Below, piece by piece: positions 11,027 to 22,897 of a stretch of DNA of 64,000 bases. The notes beneath the pieces were generated by a model, which had not been told where the DNA came from, made no database searches, and was given only the letters and a program-made list of their open reading frames with translations. The stretch covers positions 132,122,001 through 132,186,000 of the forward strand of contig NC_043000.1 in the NCBI RefSeq assembly GCF_006345805.1, read 5' to 3'. This stretch comes from Octopus sinensis. Taxonomy: Eukaryota. Numbering within the stretch: position 1 is the stretch's first letter; every line of letters begins with the position of its first letter. The position numbers and the translations under genes were made by a program.

Positions 11027-11880
11027 TGTGATCAGATCTTCCACTCATAAAAAAAGTTAATACTGTACTACTTGTATGGTCAGTGCCAACAGCAAAGAAC
11101 TACACCCATAAAGGCAACAGCCTCTACCAACACCGGATAGCAACTGCCATTTTGTGATTTCACTTTAAGTAAGATTGTAGTTGTATGGGTTTGTTATTTT
11201 CAGGACATTCACATTTAAGTTGTCGCCCTTCATCATCATCTCCTCGAAATACTTTAATTTGTTGGACTGTCTTCGTCTTATGTTGTGATAATTATCACCA
11301 TATACACGTGGTGTAACATAAAATCGGTCTCCAGTATTTCTCTGGTCCTTTGTTTTTATCGACTCCGGGACGATAACCCCGGTAGAATTTGAACTTAGAA
11401 CCTGAAAGGCCGTAACTAAATACCTATTTCTTTATTACCCACAAGGGGCTAAACACAGAGGGAACAAACAAGGACAGACATAGGTATTAAGTCGATTATA
11501 TCGACCCCAGTTCGTAACTGGTACTTAATTTATCGACCCCGAAAGGATGAAAGGCAAAGTCGACCTCGGCGGAATTTGAACTCACAACGTAACTGCCGTA
11601 ACTAAATACCGCAGAGCATGTTGTCCGACGTTCTAACGCTTTTATCAGTCAGCTAAGTGGTTCCTCGTTTGTTTAGAATGTTAAAATTCTTCTAATTCTT
11701 TTTTTTGACATATGTATGCTCATATGTTATTTTAGTTGAATATATAATGTAACATAAGGTACTTATTTCCAGCTTCATCGATTTGGATATAAATAAACTC
11801 TTCTTCGGTACAATACAGACAAATAATCACTTCTTGGTGGTTTACACAACATTGTTTTGGAAACGCTCATCCCAAGTAAC
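11027..11880. promoter_or_regulatory. Probable bidirectional promoter and 5'UTRs between CHMP6 and PIGX
   Basis: The divergent ATGs are separated by only 854 bp. No core promoter element was identified with confidence. Confidence 0.55.
11425..11594 (-). mobile_element. Young 5'-truncated family 1 SINE nested in an older copy
   Basis: CpG-intact core; 16-bp TSD gccgtaactaaatacc (11409-11424 and 11595-11610). Confidence 0.8.
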
Positions 11881-11924
11881 ATGTCGTTATTTGGATTGTT
11901 TACGCCGTATAAGTTCAATATTAA
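11881..11924 (+). CDS. PIGX: PIGX coding exon 1 (44 nt)
   Basis: ATG TCG TTA...ATT AA|GTAAGT; phase 2 fits the next exon. Chosen by phase and donor quality only. Confidence 0.65.
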
Positions 11925-14900
11925 GTAAGTTTCGTTACCTTCTAACTTTTTAAATCTAATTTTAAACTCATGCTATAGTTTTCTCAGACGAATGTTGTAA
12001 TACTACAACGAAGTCCATGAGTTTGAATAAGTTTGTTTGCTGTGAGACCAAAATAGGAATCTGACTCTTAGTCTGAGAGAAAGGAAAAATATATTATTTA
12101 GATAATAAACGAAGGAAGCTAACGCAAGATTGCTGTCAAAAGGAGGAAGATTGAATACAAAATTAACGGAGGCTAAATTTAATATTAACTGGCCTCTACT
12201 TCTTTTAAGTCTATCTCTTTTTTCTTTTTTTACCACTTTACAGGAGGTATTTCCCTTTCTACGAGTATCCCTCGTTGTTGCTTTAGTTTTCTGTAGTATA
12301 ACAAAACTCTCATTATTTGGATCTGTGACCCATCACTCTTTTAGATCTGATCAAAAACTTTCATAGCTCATGACACTAAACTACCTGGGCCCCTCATTTT
12401 GCCTCTTCTATCGTTTCTACAGCAGGGTCTGCTCTTTTGCATTATTTATTTATTTTGTAGTATTGTAACTCAATAAATGTATTTGAGTTCCTTTTCACTT
12501 CGTCTACACATTTCTTATTACTAGTCGCCTTTCTACACACTTTGCTATCTAAACAATTCCAGAACTGCATTCCCCTATAATTGAACCTACTGCGTTGGCA
12601 TTTGCTGTTTAGTTTACAACTGGGCGATAGTTATGGTATAACTGAAACTATAGATCTCTGGATCGCGTTTAGTTGTCCGGCCGACTACCCTTATTGATCA
12701 GAAGCAGAGCCTTAACAACTGCTTCTTGACAACCTACTTTCCTGAGTAGAGTTTTGGAACACAGCTGTCACTTGAAATCCTATACCTCGTGGGAAGAGGA
12801 AAGGGTCGTTGTCCCCCACCAATGTTCCTGTGTTCATGGAACATAGATTAAAATTCTGAAAGAAGAGAACCTTCAAAAATTTGAAATATTTTATATATTC
12901 ACCCCATCACCATCTTTTGTACTCTTTTGCTTTCCCATGAGCTCAGGTCTTCGAAAGATAGCTATTCCAAGTAGCATTGATCCCATTCTATTGTCCCCTT
13001 TCTCTCTTAATGAAGATCTAAATGCCTATTGACTACAGTTACTGGCTATATGGTTTTCATAAAACCTGATCTACTGGAGATTTACTGTCCTCTGTTACTT
13101 ACCAGTGGGGCAGTCAGCCATATCCAGCAAGCAGATCTGACAAAACTACCTACTGTCTAAGAATTCCATCTGTCTTTTGTCTCTTGAAGCAGTGGCTTCA
13201 GTGAATAGTTCTCTTCGACCCACATTCTGTCAACTCTGGTGTGCATGGGGTTTCAGTTTTGTTTGCCACACTTTTACTCCTATACATCAACAACATACTG
13301 TCTGTCACCCCCAAGCAATATCCACTGCTATATAGTTGATACCATCCTTCATTCCACCCTAATCTTTTGCTACCAAGCATCATTTGCCTCAAAAAGTCTT
13401 ACATTGTGCCAATGTTGTTTTCTTTTACATCAAACACACTACCACCACTCATACCATGAAACAGTATTGTGCCCCACCCCTCAAAACAAGGACAACATAC
13501 AACTAGAACCCTTAATGTCACTAATAATGCTAAGCTTCTCCTTCACTGAAGACCTCATCTGGTAAATGTATATACACAATATAGCAAAGACTGCTTCATA
13601 AAGTTTAATCTTCCACTTCAAGGACAAAAGATACTTCATTCCTTTCATATAATAACCTTCTACAGAGTTCAATTGAAACCTACAATTGGGTACTGCTCCC
13701 TCATCCAGGCCAGTGCTGCTGCCCATTCACAGACATCCTAAACTGCAGAAGAAATATCAACCACCTAACTGACTTTAATCACTCCAACTTTTGGCCCATA
13801 GATGTATTGTCTCATCTATCTGCCTCTTATGTTGCAACCACATTTGCCTCTACTTCTCAGACTGGTTGGTCTTAAGCAAACTTCACTCAGTTGATCCTGA
13901 TTTACATGTCACCCTATTGTGTCCATCTTTCCAGACCCTTCAACAACCACCTACTCTCTGCAACATCAGTTTTGTGTAATTCCCTCCCTGTATAATTTTT
14001 ATGTCCTGCAACTTTTCTAGAGCAACATTAACCATATCAAACTCTGTGGTCTTGTAGAGTTTGCAAAATCCTTAAGCACGATTCTTTCCTGAAACCAATC
14101 AAATAAAATTTTAAAAAGTGGAATTATGAAACTGCTTTAACAGTGTAGATGACTGAGTTAGTAAATAACTATCCTGGGTACAATTCAATCAATTATCATT
14201 AAACATCATCATCATCATTGTTTAACGTCTGCTTTCCATGCTAGCATGGGTTGGACGATTTGACTGAGGTCTGGCGAACCAGATGGCTGCACCAGGCTCC
14301 AATCTGATCTGGCAGAGTTTCTACAGCTGGATGCCCTTCCTAATGCCAACCACTCCAAGAGTGTAGTGGGTGCTTTTACGTGCCACCAGCATGAGGGCCA
14401 ATCAGGTGGTACTGGCAACGGCCACGCTCAAATGGTGCTTTTTATTTGCCACCTGCACAGGAGACAGTCCAGCGGTACTGGCAACGACCTTGCTCAAATG
14501 TTTTTTTCACATGCCAGGATATTTGAGATGCTACTGAAGGTTTTCGTTTTTAAATCTTAATAAAATCAGATCATTGTGGTAGAGCTGAGCCATTTCTAGA
14601 GGGAAAATGGGAAGTTATGGTATCCATTCTTTTTCTAAGAGCATTAATAATGCTTGTAACAATGTGGTTAAGAAGTTTGCTTTCCAACCACATGGCTTTG
14701 TGTTCAATCCCACTGCATGGCACTTAAGGCAAGTGTCTTCTATTATAGCTCTGGACTGATCAAAGCCTTGTGACAAGACTTGGTAAACAGAGACTGTTTG
14801 TATGCATATCATGCATATTTGTATATCTGTGTCTCCTTAACTTGACATCGCATGATAGTTGTGAATGAGTGTCAGTCATACAAGCAGTTTCAGTATTCTG

Positions 14901-17900
14901 CAAAAACATATCTGGCTATGGGATAAAAAAAAAATTACCATGCTTGGAAACAAGTGAAGGTTGGTGACTGGAAGAGCATCCAGCCATAGAAGCTCTATTG
15001 TAATAAACTTTGGTGGATCCATGAATGTCTGGAAAAGTAGATGTTGTGATGGTGATGGTGATGCTGAAGTGAAATGAAATACTAAAGGCGCTTACTCCTC
15101 TGTCGGTACAATTATCCTGGATTACACTTTTTCATCTTAAGGAAAAGGTCCTGTGTAATTAAAAATCCTTCATAAAAAGTTTTTGCTTTTTAGCGATAGC
15201 TGAAATTTTAATAAATGATTTATTGTTCTGTATTCTTTTTCAGGTCTTCACTGTTTGTATTTATAGGACTAATCCAGATCCTGGTTGTCTACGCTAATGC
15301 CAGATGTTCTCTTTCTGTTTCACTCAATAAAAATGGTTTCCACAGGTAAATCACTTGACTGTTCTATTTCGATGATGGAGATGATCAATTAAGAGTGGAA
15401 TGTATTTGCTTAGTTCGGTAATACATCATCACTACTGTGGATTCAAACCTACCAAAATTTACATTACTTTTCATTTCCTGTGTTTAATAATATAATTCCC
15501 TGTAATATTTTAGAGTTTATGTCATCAACTATATTTCACAAGAATTGGCCTTACCCCTGGTCAAAAATAATCATTGCAACTCTTTCAATATCTTTAAAAA
15601 AACACTGAAAAAATTAACACTTTTTACTGTTAAATTTGACTTTAATTAAAACATTCTCTATATTAGTCTATTTTTTTTACCAATAAAGAAACAAAATTAT
15701 TTTTTGAAATTTGCTTCTGATTTAAAGATAGAATGATTTTGAAGCTTCTTGCTTGTAAGATGACAGAAATCAACAAGTCTCTCTGGTATAGTGGTAGCAA
15801 GTTGTCTAGTCAATGACAGATTTGTGGTTCAATTCACATGGCTGATTTTATCCAGAAAGACAGACCAAAGTGAATAATATTGTATAAGCTTTTATTTTGA
15901 GCTATTTCATAAAAATGCTTATTTTCAAATTTCTCAGTGCTTTGAAAATATCCAAAAGTATTAGCTCTTCAACTTGTGCTTACTTTTTTCATCTTTTCAA
16001 TTACCTTACAGACACTATTTTAAACTTTATTCAAGTTTAATCAAAGATGATCATGCAAAGAAATGCAATATTATAGTCCTACAGTTCAGATTGTTCTGCC
16101 ATTAGTCACTAAGAAATCTAAGAGGTTTCAAATAGAAGCTGAAACACTTATTCTTCTCTGATACAATGAGTGTGCAATTTAAAAACCTCCAGTTCTATTC
16201 TAATTATCTTCTTAATGTTTCCTATTAAAAAGCTAATAATTACACCAAAATTGAATTGAATTTAAGACTTCAGATTAAGTTAACATAAACTGAAAAGTTT
16301 TTTTTTCTTTTTTTCTCAGAGAAATGGTTTATACAGTTAGTATAATACTCCCAAGATATTTGTCAACAACCCAATGTAAATCTGCTCTTGAAATGACATT
16401 GCCAGCTGGGGCATATTTAGATCCAAACCAGATTAACAATTTAAGGAAACCCGAAGTAAGTAGATTTAAAAGCATTTCTATTCCTAATTTGTCAGTGATT
16501 GAATGTGATATTTTGAAAAAAGAAAAAAATTAGTGGGGCAATTTTTAACAGATGTACACCTTTTCTGATTTATGCTACTAAACTAACCACAGCTGTCCCT
16601 CAGAACTGAGGATGACTAAGTAGTATGTACCATGCTTTCACTAATTATTTTATATGCCTGTGTAGTCATGGCTACACAGACAACCTCTTGAGCTTCTTAA
16701 CCTTGAGCCAGCTGAACATACAGGATATGACAACTTCATTTCAGCTGAGTAAACTTGAGCAATGTGAAATAAAATACATTTTTTAAGGACACAACATGCA
16801 ACCTTGTACAAGAATGAAACCCACTTTTATGATGGGGAATCCAACATCCTCATCACTAAATCATATACCTTCACATATTTATACTACTAATTACTAGATA
16901 TAAGTATTAAATATATTTTACATTTATTTGAAAAGCTAATCTTTTTTAGCTTACACTAAGTTAAAATAATGATATATTTTTGTCTTTTCACTCAGGTCGG
17001 GACTAAATTTTTCATGGGACAAATATCAGTTGAATCCTTTGGATATAAACCATTTATTTTTCTAGAGTTGATAAAAATAAGTACCAAGGCATGGCTGTGT
17101 GGTTATGAGTTCAATTCATGCGAACATTGTCAACTGGTATTCTATACTATAGCCACAAGTCAGCCAATTACCTTGTATGAAATTGATAGAAACTAACTGA
17201 AGAAACTTGTTGTTTGTGGGTTGGTGTGTATGTGTATCTGTTTGTGTGTGTATGAGAGTTCATATTTCTCATTTTCAGATGAGTTTGTTGACTAAATAAT
17301 ATAGATGGTGTTCTTTGCTTGCAATCAACTGTGGAAAGCATGTCCAGAGTTTTTAACATACTGCATGATCTTTGTAGACTAAAGTCTCATCCAAAGGTGT
17401 TCACTTCTTGTTTGCCTTGTAGTTGCATTCAGGCTTTTGTTGTCTGATAGACTAAGGGATTACTACTTTGCTTGGAAACAAGTGAAGGTTGGCAGGAAGG
17501 GCATCTAACTGTAGAAAACCTGTCTCCACAAATTCCATCTGATTCATGCAAGCATGAAAAAGGGAACAAAAATAAATGCAATGATGATAACAAATTTCTC
17601 TCTACAAAAGTTACTCTTGTACCTAAGCAATATGACACTGGTTATGTACATCTAAAACCATATTATTCAATACCATTATTACTGAACAATTGTATTTCCC
17701 TTTTTCTAATACTGAGTCACTTCAAATTGTTTATATATATATATATATCTTATAGAGAAGTTTGTTCTATAAATAATTTTGGGATCATACAATTCCTATG
17801 GGAGAACATTAAGACCTGAGAACCATAAGTCTATTTACTTGGACCCAAGTTTCTTTCAGTTTTCTCTTAAAATAAGTTGATGTTATAATATTTGTCTTGC

Positions 17901-19918
17901 TTTCCAATGGCACTGGCACTTTGGACAAGTATCTTCTGCTTTATCCTTTAGTTGACCAAAACCTTGCAAGTGAATTTGGTAGATGAAAATTGAAAGAAGT
18001 TTGTTGTATGTGTATAAGGTTCCTTTATTCAACTCCTCTAAAATTGGTGCCATAGAAACTGCTCCCAGTACATGTGGTTGATGATTTCTGAGGTCTCTCT
18101 ATTCTAATGCTAATATATCTAGTGTAACCAGTACAGGAGGCTAATGTGAGCATCAGTCAATGGAAGCAGCAACTCCCAATAAGAAACAACTTAGGCTGTG
18201 ACAACCTGTCAGACCCATGCCAACAAGAAAAGTGAAATGGGGATGATATTGATAAATATATACAGGTGTGGGTATTTGTTTACATTTGTGCTTTTTCAAA
18301 AACTGCTCTGCTATGGTCAATGGGTCATCCACAGGCTTTGCACTCTCAGAGATATATGGAATAAAGGTATTCCCAGCTTATGATTATTCAAGTCTGTATT
18401 CTCCATAGAGACAGTACAGAATTAAATAATCAAATCTTTGGTGTCTTATTTGTTTCCAAATTCTCAACACTGTGTTTGGTTGAACAAGTGTCAGGTATCT
18501 TTCACCTGGAAGGTAAATACTTGTCTTGAACATCTGCTCTTCCCCATACTGAAGGTCAGCAAAGTTATAATGAATAGTGTTTAGAGCTTTTAATATCATA
18601 ACATGAAAAATACATTGATCAATATTTATACCTTTCTTTTTATATTCAGGTTCTGTTTGATTCGCCAGTTGATGTTGAGGCCCCGGAACATGCTTCTTCT
18701 AATCAAACCCTTTTGGTTTACACTGATCTTCAACCAGTAACACAAAATGAATTCACTGCAGAAATAGTTCTTCCAGTTCATCTTCGTTATCATCAGTCAG
18801 AGCATTCAAAACCTTTCAAAACTATTCATTTCAAGACACCTGACACAATATTTATAGATTGCTTGGGTAAAATATATAGTTTTATAAATTAAACCTTTTT
18901 TCACGCTAATTAACTGCAGCTACCACCATTATATAATTCAAAACTAATTACAATCATTCAATATTAGGAAATCATTAAAATGTCATTTTTCCCAATCCTA
19001 ACTTTATATAACTATTATGAAAGTTTCTTTAACATGCACATGCTTCCATGTGTGTGTGTACGTATATATATACACACACACATACAATGATGAGCATCTA
19101 TTTTTCTTTCATTCTAAACATATCTGAAATACTTTCCAGAAACATTTCTCTTTTTGCTTACCTAAGTTTTATAAATTGCACCTATTTAGGAAATAAGTAT
19201 TGTACATTTTCTTTTTTCCTAACTGTATTCCTACTTTTGCACCCCGCTGTATACAGATGCACACACATATATATATATATATCAGTGGTTATAACATTCA
19301 TAAAATACCCACTTGAGACAATTACTGTTCTAAAAAGAATGTTAATCAAATGTAGGCATTGTTTCAGAAGCCCGCATACCTAAAAGCAAAAACCAAGCTC
19401 TGCTGCAAGCTAAACAGTTTAACCACTTACATATTGCCCCAGCTGTATACAGTAAACTTGTACTTTCCTATGCCACCCACTTACTATCTTGGCCATAGCA
19501 TCCATGTGGTGTTGTGATGGGATAAAGTACAAACCAATGCTGTAATTGGTCAGTTGACTAGCTTATGTTTAAACTGACAGAGATCTATCATAAATCATTT
19601 AACAATTATTAGACAAATAATTTTGGAACAAAATATACTTGATTTGAGTGAACTTGTTGACATGATGTAAACATGAATAGAGATTTAATGAATTCTGTCC
19701 ATTAATATCTATAACAATAAGAAGAATTAAACATCAGTTCGTTAGAAGTAAACTGAAAACAATTTATTGTCTATTCAACTGGCTTACCATTCCATCTACA
19801 CTAACATATGTTAATAGAATATTAACAAGTGTAGTAAAGTAATAGTATCACATGTTACTTTATGAATTTTGCAGTAGAAATTAAATAAGCAGGAAAAAAT
19901 CTAAATTTCATTGAGTTT

Positions 19919-19953
<35 letters not shown>

Positions 19954-20714
19954 TCTGAAAAGAAAATTTATTATCATGGTAGAGTAATGAAAACACATAA
20001 ATCAAGATTTTGTTTTTTTATATTTACAGATGGAATGTATACAACCTATGAACTGCAGTGTTCTCAAACCAATTATAACATTTGTACATGGACCAAACTC
20101 AAATGCCAATGCAGAGTAAGTATGTATGTCTGGGTGTGTGTGAAAGCATCCAGAACTTTATACTAGAAAGTAAAATGCAATTTACTTGAATTCATTTAAG
20201 ATATAGAGAAGATATATATATATATATCAATCTTAACACTTTCCTATTAGTTACACTAACGCCATAAAATAAATAAAACATTCACATAATTATTCTGATA
20301 TTCAGAATTTGTCACCTTTAATGGACTTCTTAAACAGTAGTTTTCTAATAATTTTTCTGAGAAAATTTGGCAACCATAGAATGATTAGGCACATATACAT
20401 TTATTTATAAAATGAAATAAATTCACATTTCAAGAGCTAGTTGAAGTGACATATATTAATTCAATACACACTCTTTGGTGTTTTACGGTTTTCATTTAGC
20501 AAATATTTTTTAATGTGAACAGTTACTGCTGCAAAAAAAAAACCCAAACTATTTTTCTTTTTTATATTAACAGGTATCATCTACTCAAGCAATCATTCCA
20601 GTTGGAAATTTAGACCATCTACTAATTGTAGCAGTAATTACTACACTGACAACAATATGTGGTACAACCTTCTTACTATATCAATTAAAGAGTCAGTTTT
20701 ACAAAATGAATTAA
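11881..20714 (+). CDS. PIGX: PIG-X (GPI mannosyltransferase I subunit), complete; join 11881-11924, 15244-15345, 16320-16455, 18650-18866, 20030-20115, 20574-20714 (726 nt, 241 aa)
   Basis: Hydrophobic N-terminus, then the motifs NGFHR, LPAGAYLDP, DVEAPE, LPVHLRYH, C..W and PVG, and a C-terminal TM segment, all characteristic of PIG-X/PBN1. Splice phases 2,2,0,1,0 are consistent. Exon 1 is the least certain. Confidence 0.9.
12990..13740 (+). mobile_element. Degenerate non-LTR reverse transcriptase fragment (Jockey/CR1 group)
   Basis: Decayed motifs YGFHK.*STGDLL, SGVHGVSVL..TLLLLYINN, IHCYIVDT (for YADD), FTEDLIW...NIAKTAS. Confidence 0.55.
14204..14515 (-). mobile_element. RTE LINE 3'UTR fragment
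   Basis: Reverse complement of the RTE tail at 45700-45947; (GAT)n tail. Confidence 0.8.
15244..15345 (+). CDS. PIGX: PIGX exon 2 (102 nt)
   Basis: SSLFVFIGLIQILVVYANARC...NGFHR; TTTTTCAG acceptor, GTAAAT donor. Confidence 0.88.
16320..16455 (+). CDS. PIGX: PIGX exon 3 (136 nt)
   Basis: EMVYTV...LPAGAYLDPNQINNLRKPE; long pyrimidine tract, GTAAGT donor. Confidence 0.92.
18650..18866 (+). CDS. PIGX: PIGX exon 4 (217 nt)
   Basis: VLFDSPVDVEAPE...LPVHLRYH...IFIDCL. Confidence 0.93.
20030..20115 (+). CDS. PIGX: PIGX exon 5 (86 nt)
   Basis: GMYTTYELQCSQTNYNICTWTKLKCQCR; GTAAGT donor. Confidence 0.9.
20574..20714 (+). CDS. PIGX: PIGX last coding exon (141 nt including TAA)
   Basis: VSSTQAIIPVGNLDHLLIVAVITTLTTICGTTFLLY... 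(PVG plus TM helix), then stop. Confidence 0.92.
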   Translation, partial: VSSTQAIIPVGNLDHLLIVAVITTLTTICGTTFLLYQLKSQFYKMN

Positions 20715-20831
20715 AAAATTTTGTAATTCCACTCTCTACAACAATTATCAACTTTGTCTAACAAGAGGAGGCTGGGAAATTTTACAAAAGAAACTTAAAT
20801 GATTTTGACCACTAGGTATTTAAATTATAAA

Positions 20832-20837
20832 AATAAA
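20832..20837 (+). terminator. Candidate PIGX polyadenylation signal AATAAA
   Basis: First AATAAA after the PIGX stop codon. Confidence 0.45.
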
Positions 20838-20910
20838 TTATTTTGGTGACAACAGTTATGATGTTTATGGTAGGGCTGGGGGGAGAGACAATATGATTCA
20901 GCAGTTATGC

Positions 20911-20995
20911 TTTATTGATTTAAGTTCAATATAGAAATTGTTAATTATACAAAACTGGTAAGAAAACAACACTTGAAGTCATTACAATATTTATT
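20911..20995 (-). terminator. Candidate BPTF polyadenylation signals (AATAAA at 20990-20995 and 20911-20916)
   Basis: First canonical minus-strand AATAAA hexamers downstream of the BPTF stop. An ATTAAA variant lies at 21185-21190. Confidence 0.45.
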
Positions 20996-21717
20996 AAGAG
21001 GTTGACTGCTATGTGAACAATCAAAATTTTTTTTTTTCTCTTACTGCTACAGTCTTGACACATGATACATGTCTGTGGCCCATTGACTCCTCTGTCATGT
21101 AGTCTATGAAAAGGTAGGCTAAAGCTCCATTGTGATGCCAAAGTGAAGTTGTGTAGTGGAGCGAAAGTTGGTGGGGATGCATATTTTAATAAAAAATAAT
21201 GAACAATGAATTTCATTCACTGTTGTCGCTGGAAAGATTTCAGCCACAACAACAAAAACAACGACAAACATTCTAATTTTTTCTTTTTCCAAGTTCCTGT
21301 TCTTTCCCTTTCATTCTAAACATATCTGAAATATATATTCTGAAACACTTTTCAGAAACATTTCTCTCTTTTTACTTACCGAGGTTTTATCAATTGCAAT
21401 TATTTAGGAATAAGTTATCTTTTTTTTTTTTTAAACCTTAAAACAAACTATGATAAATGTGATGATATTAATGAGGATAGATGGGTCTGACAATTATGTG
21501 TTGCTGAGAGGATCTGTTGTCAACAACAACATCAATGGTAGGCTGGAGACTAAGACGAATAGTGGAAAATAACCCCTTCTCAATATTTCTACCAGTGCTG
21601 CATTTCCACACCACAGAACTAAGTTGGCCAAGCTGGCAGTTACAGTTTGAAGAATCTATCAATGGTATTTACATTGAAATGGATAGCAGCAAGTTAACAA
21701 ACAGAATGGATTTTGTC

Positions 21718-21908
21718 CTAAAATTTCTCTTTAAGGGTTTTCAGTTTCTGTACAAAAAAGGTTTCCAGTACTTCCGCACATTGATAGAATGGAGAATCAC
21801 TGGGATTATAGTAACGACAGTTATCAAATATTTTGGTCATGTCTTTGATAAAATCAGTCAAACGTTTATAATGTTTGCTTGAGAGTCTCTCTTCAACAGT
21901 TGATAAAT
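21718..21908 (-). CDS. BPTF: BPTF last coding exon (191 nt), bromodomain
   Basis: DLSTVEERL...[22 protein letters not shown]...KEKF*. Confidence 0.97.
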
Positions 21909-22864
21909 CTGAAAAACAAAAAAAATGTATATCCTTTATTTGAAAAAAGCTATTCAACAATATGGTTTAAATTTATTTAGGTTCAGATTTTTATAGGTGT
22001 AAAGGGTGATTTCATTAGATGCTCAAAGGATAGTAGAGGGTAGTAGAATTGGTAGTGAGACAAAATAACTTGTATTTAGTTATGTCCCTTCACATTCCAA
22101 GTTCTAATGCAAAAGTTGCTTTACCTTCCATCTTTCTAGGGCAGTGGTTCCCAACATGGGGTCTGCAAAAGTAGGACTGTGGGCCCATGAACTAAATTCA
22201 AAATTTCAAATATATATATATATACACACACACACACATAAGGATAGGCAATATCCTTGGGTCTGTGGAAAAACTCATTTAAATAAAAGGGGGTTCTTGG
22301 TAGTGAAGAGGTTGGGAACCACTATTCTAGGGTCTTAAATAAGTACTGTTTCCGTTATAATCAACTGTTGCAGACTTGAACTTCAAACTGACATGCTGGT
22401 ATAAGTACCTCAAAGTTATTAATCAATCCTTCTTACAATCTCTGCCAAAGAATGGAAACAGACCTAAGTCTTACCCTCCATCAGACACCTACCATATTCT
22501 GAGCGCCTTGTTTCCCTGGGCATGGATTCACTGAAGCTCTGGCGTCTGGCGACGGACTTGGTAAACACCCACAAGGTTATCAACCACCTCACCAACAACA
22601 ACACTGAACACCTTTTTGATCTCCATGTGTCTAACACACGTGGACATGCCTACAAAGTCAGAAAACAACACAGCTCCCATGACTTTCGGAAACATTTTTT
22701 CACGCTCAGAGTTGCTGAAGCATGGAATAAACTGCCTGCGTCAGTTGTTGACTGCCATGACACTGCATCCTTTAAGGCCCTCATGCTTTCCGAAATCCGC
22801 CGAAACTACACCTGATTATATATACACTTCAGATGAGTTGTAGTGCACCTGAGCACTGTACACA

Positions 22865-22897
<33 letters not shown>

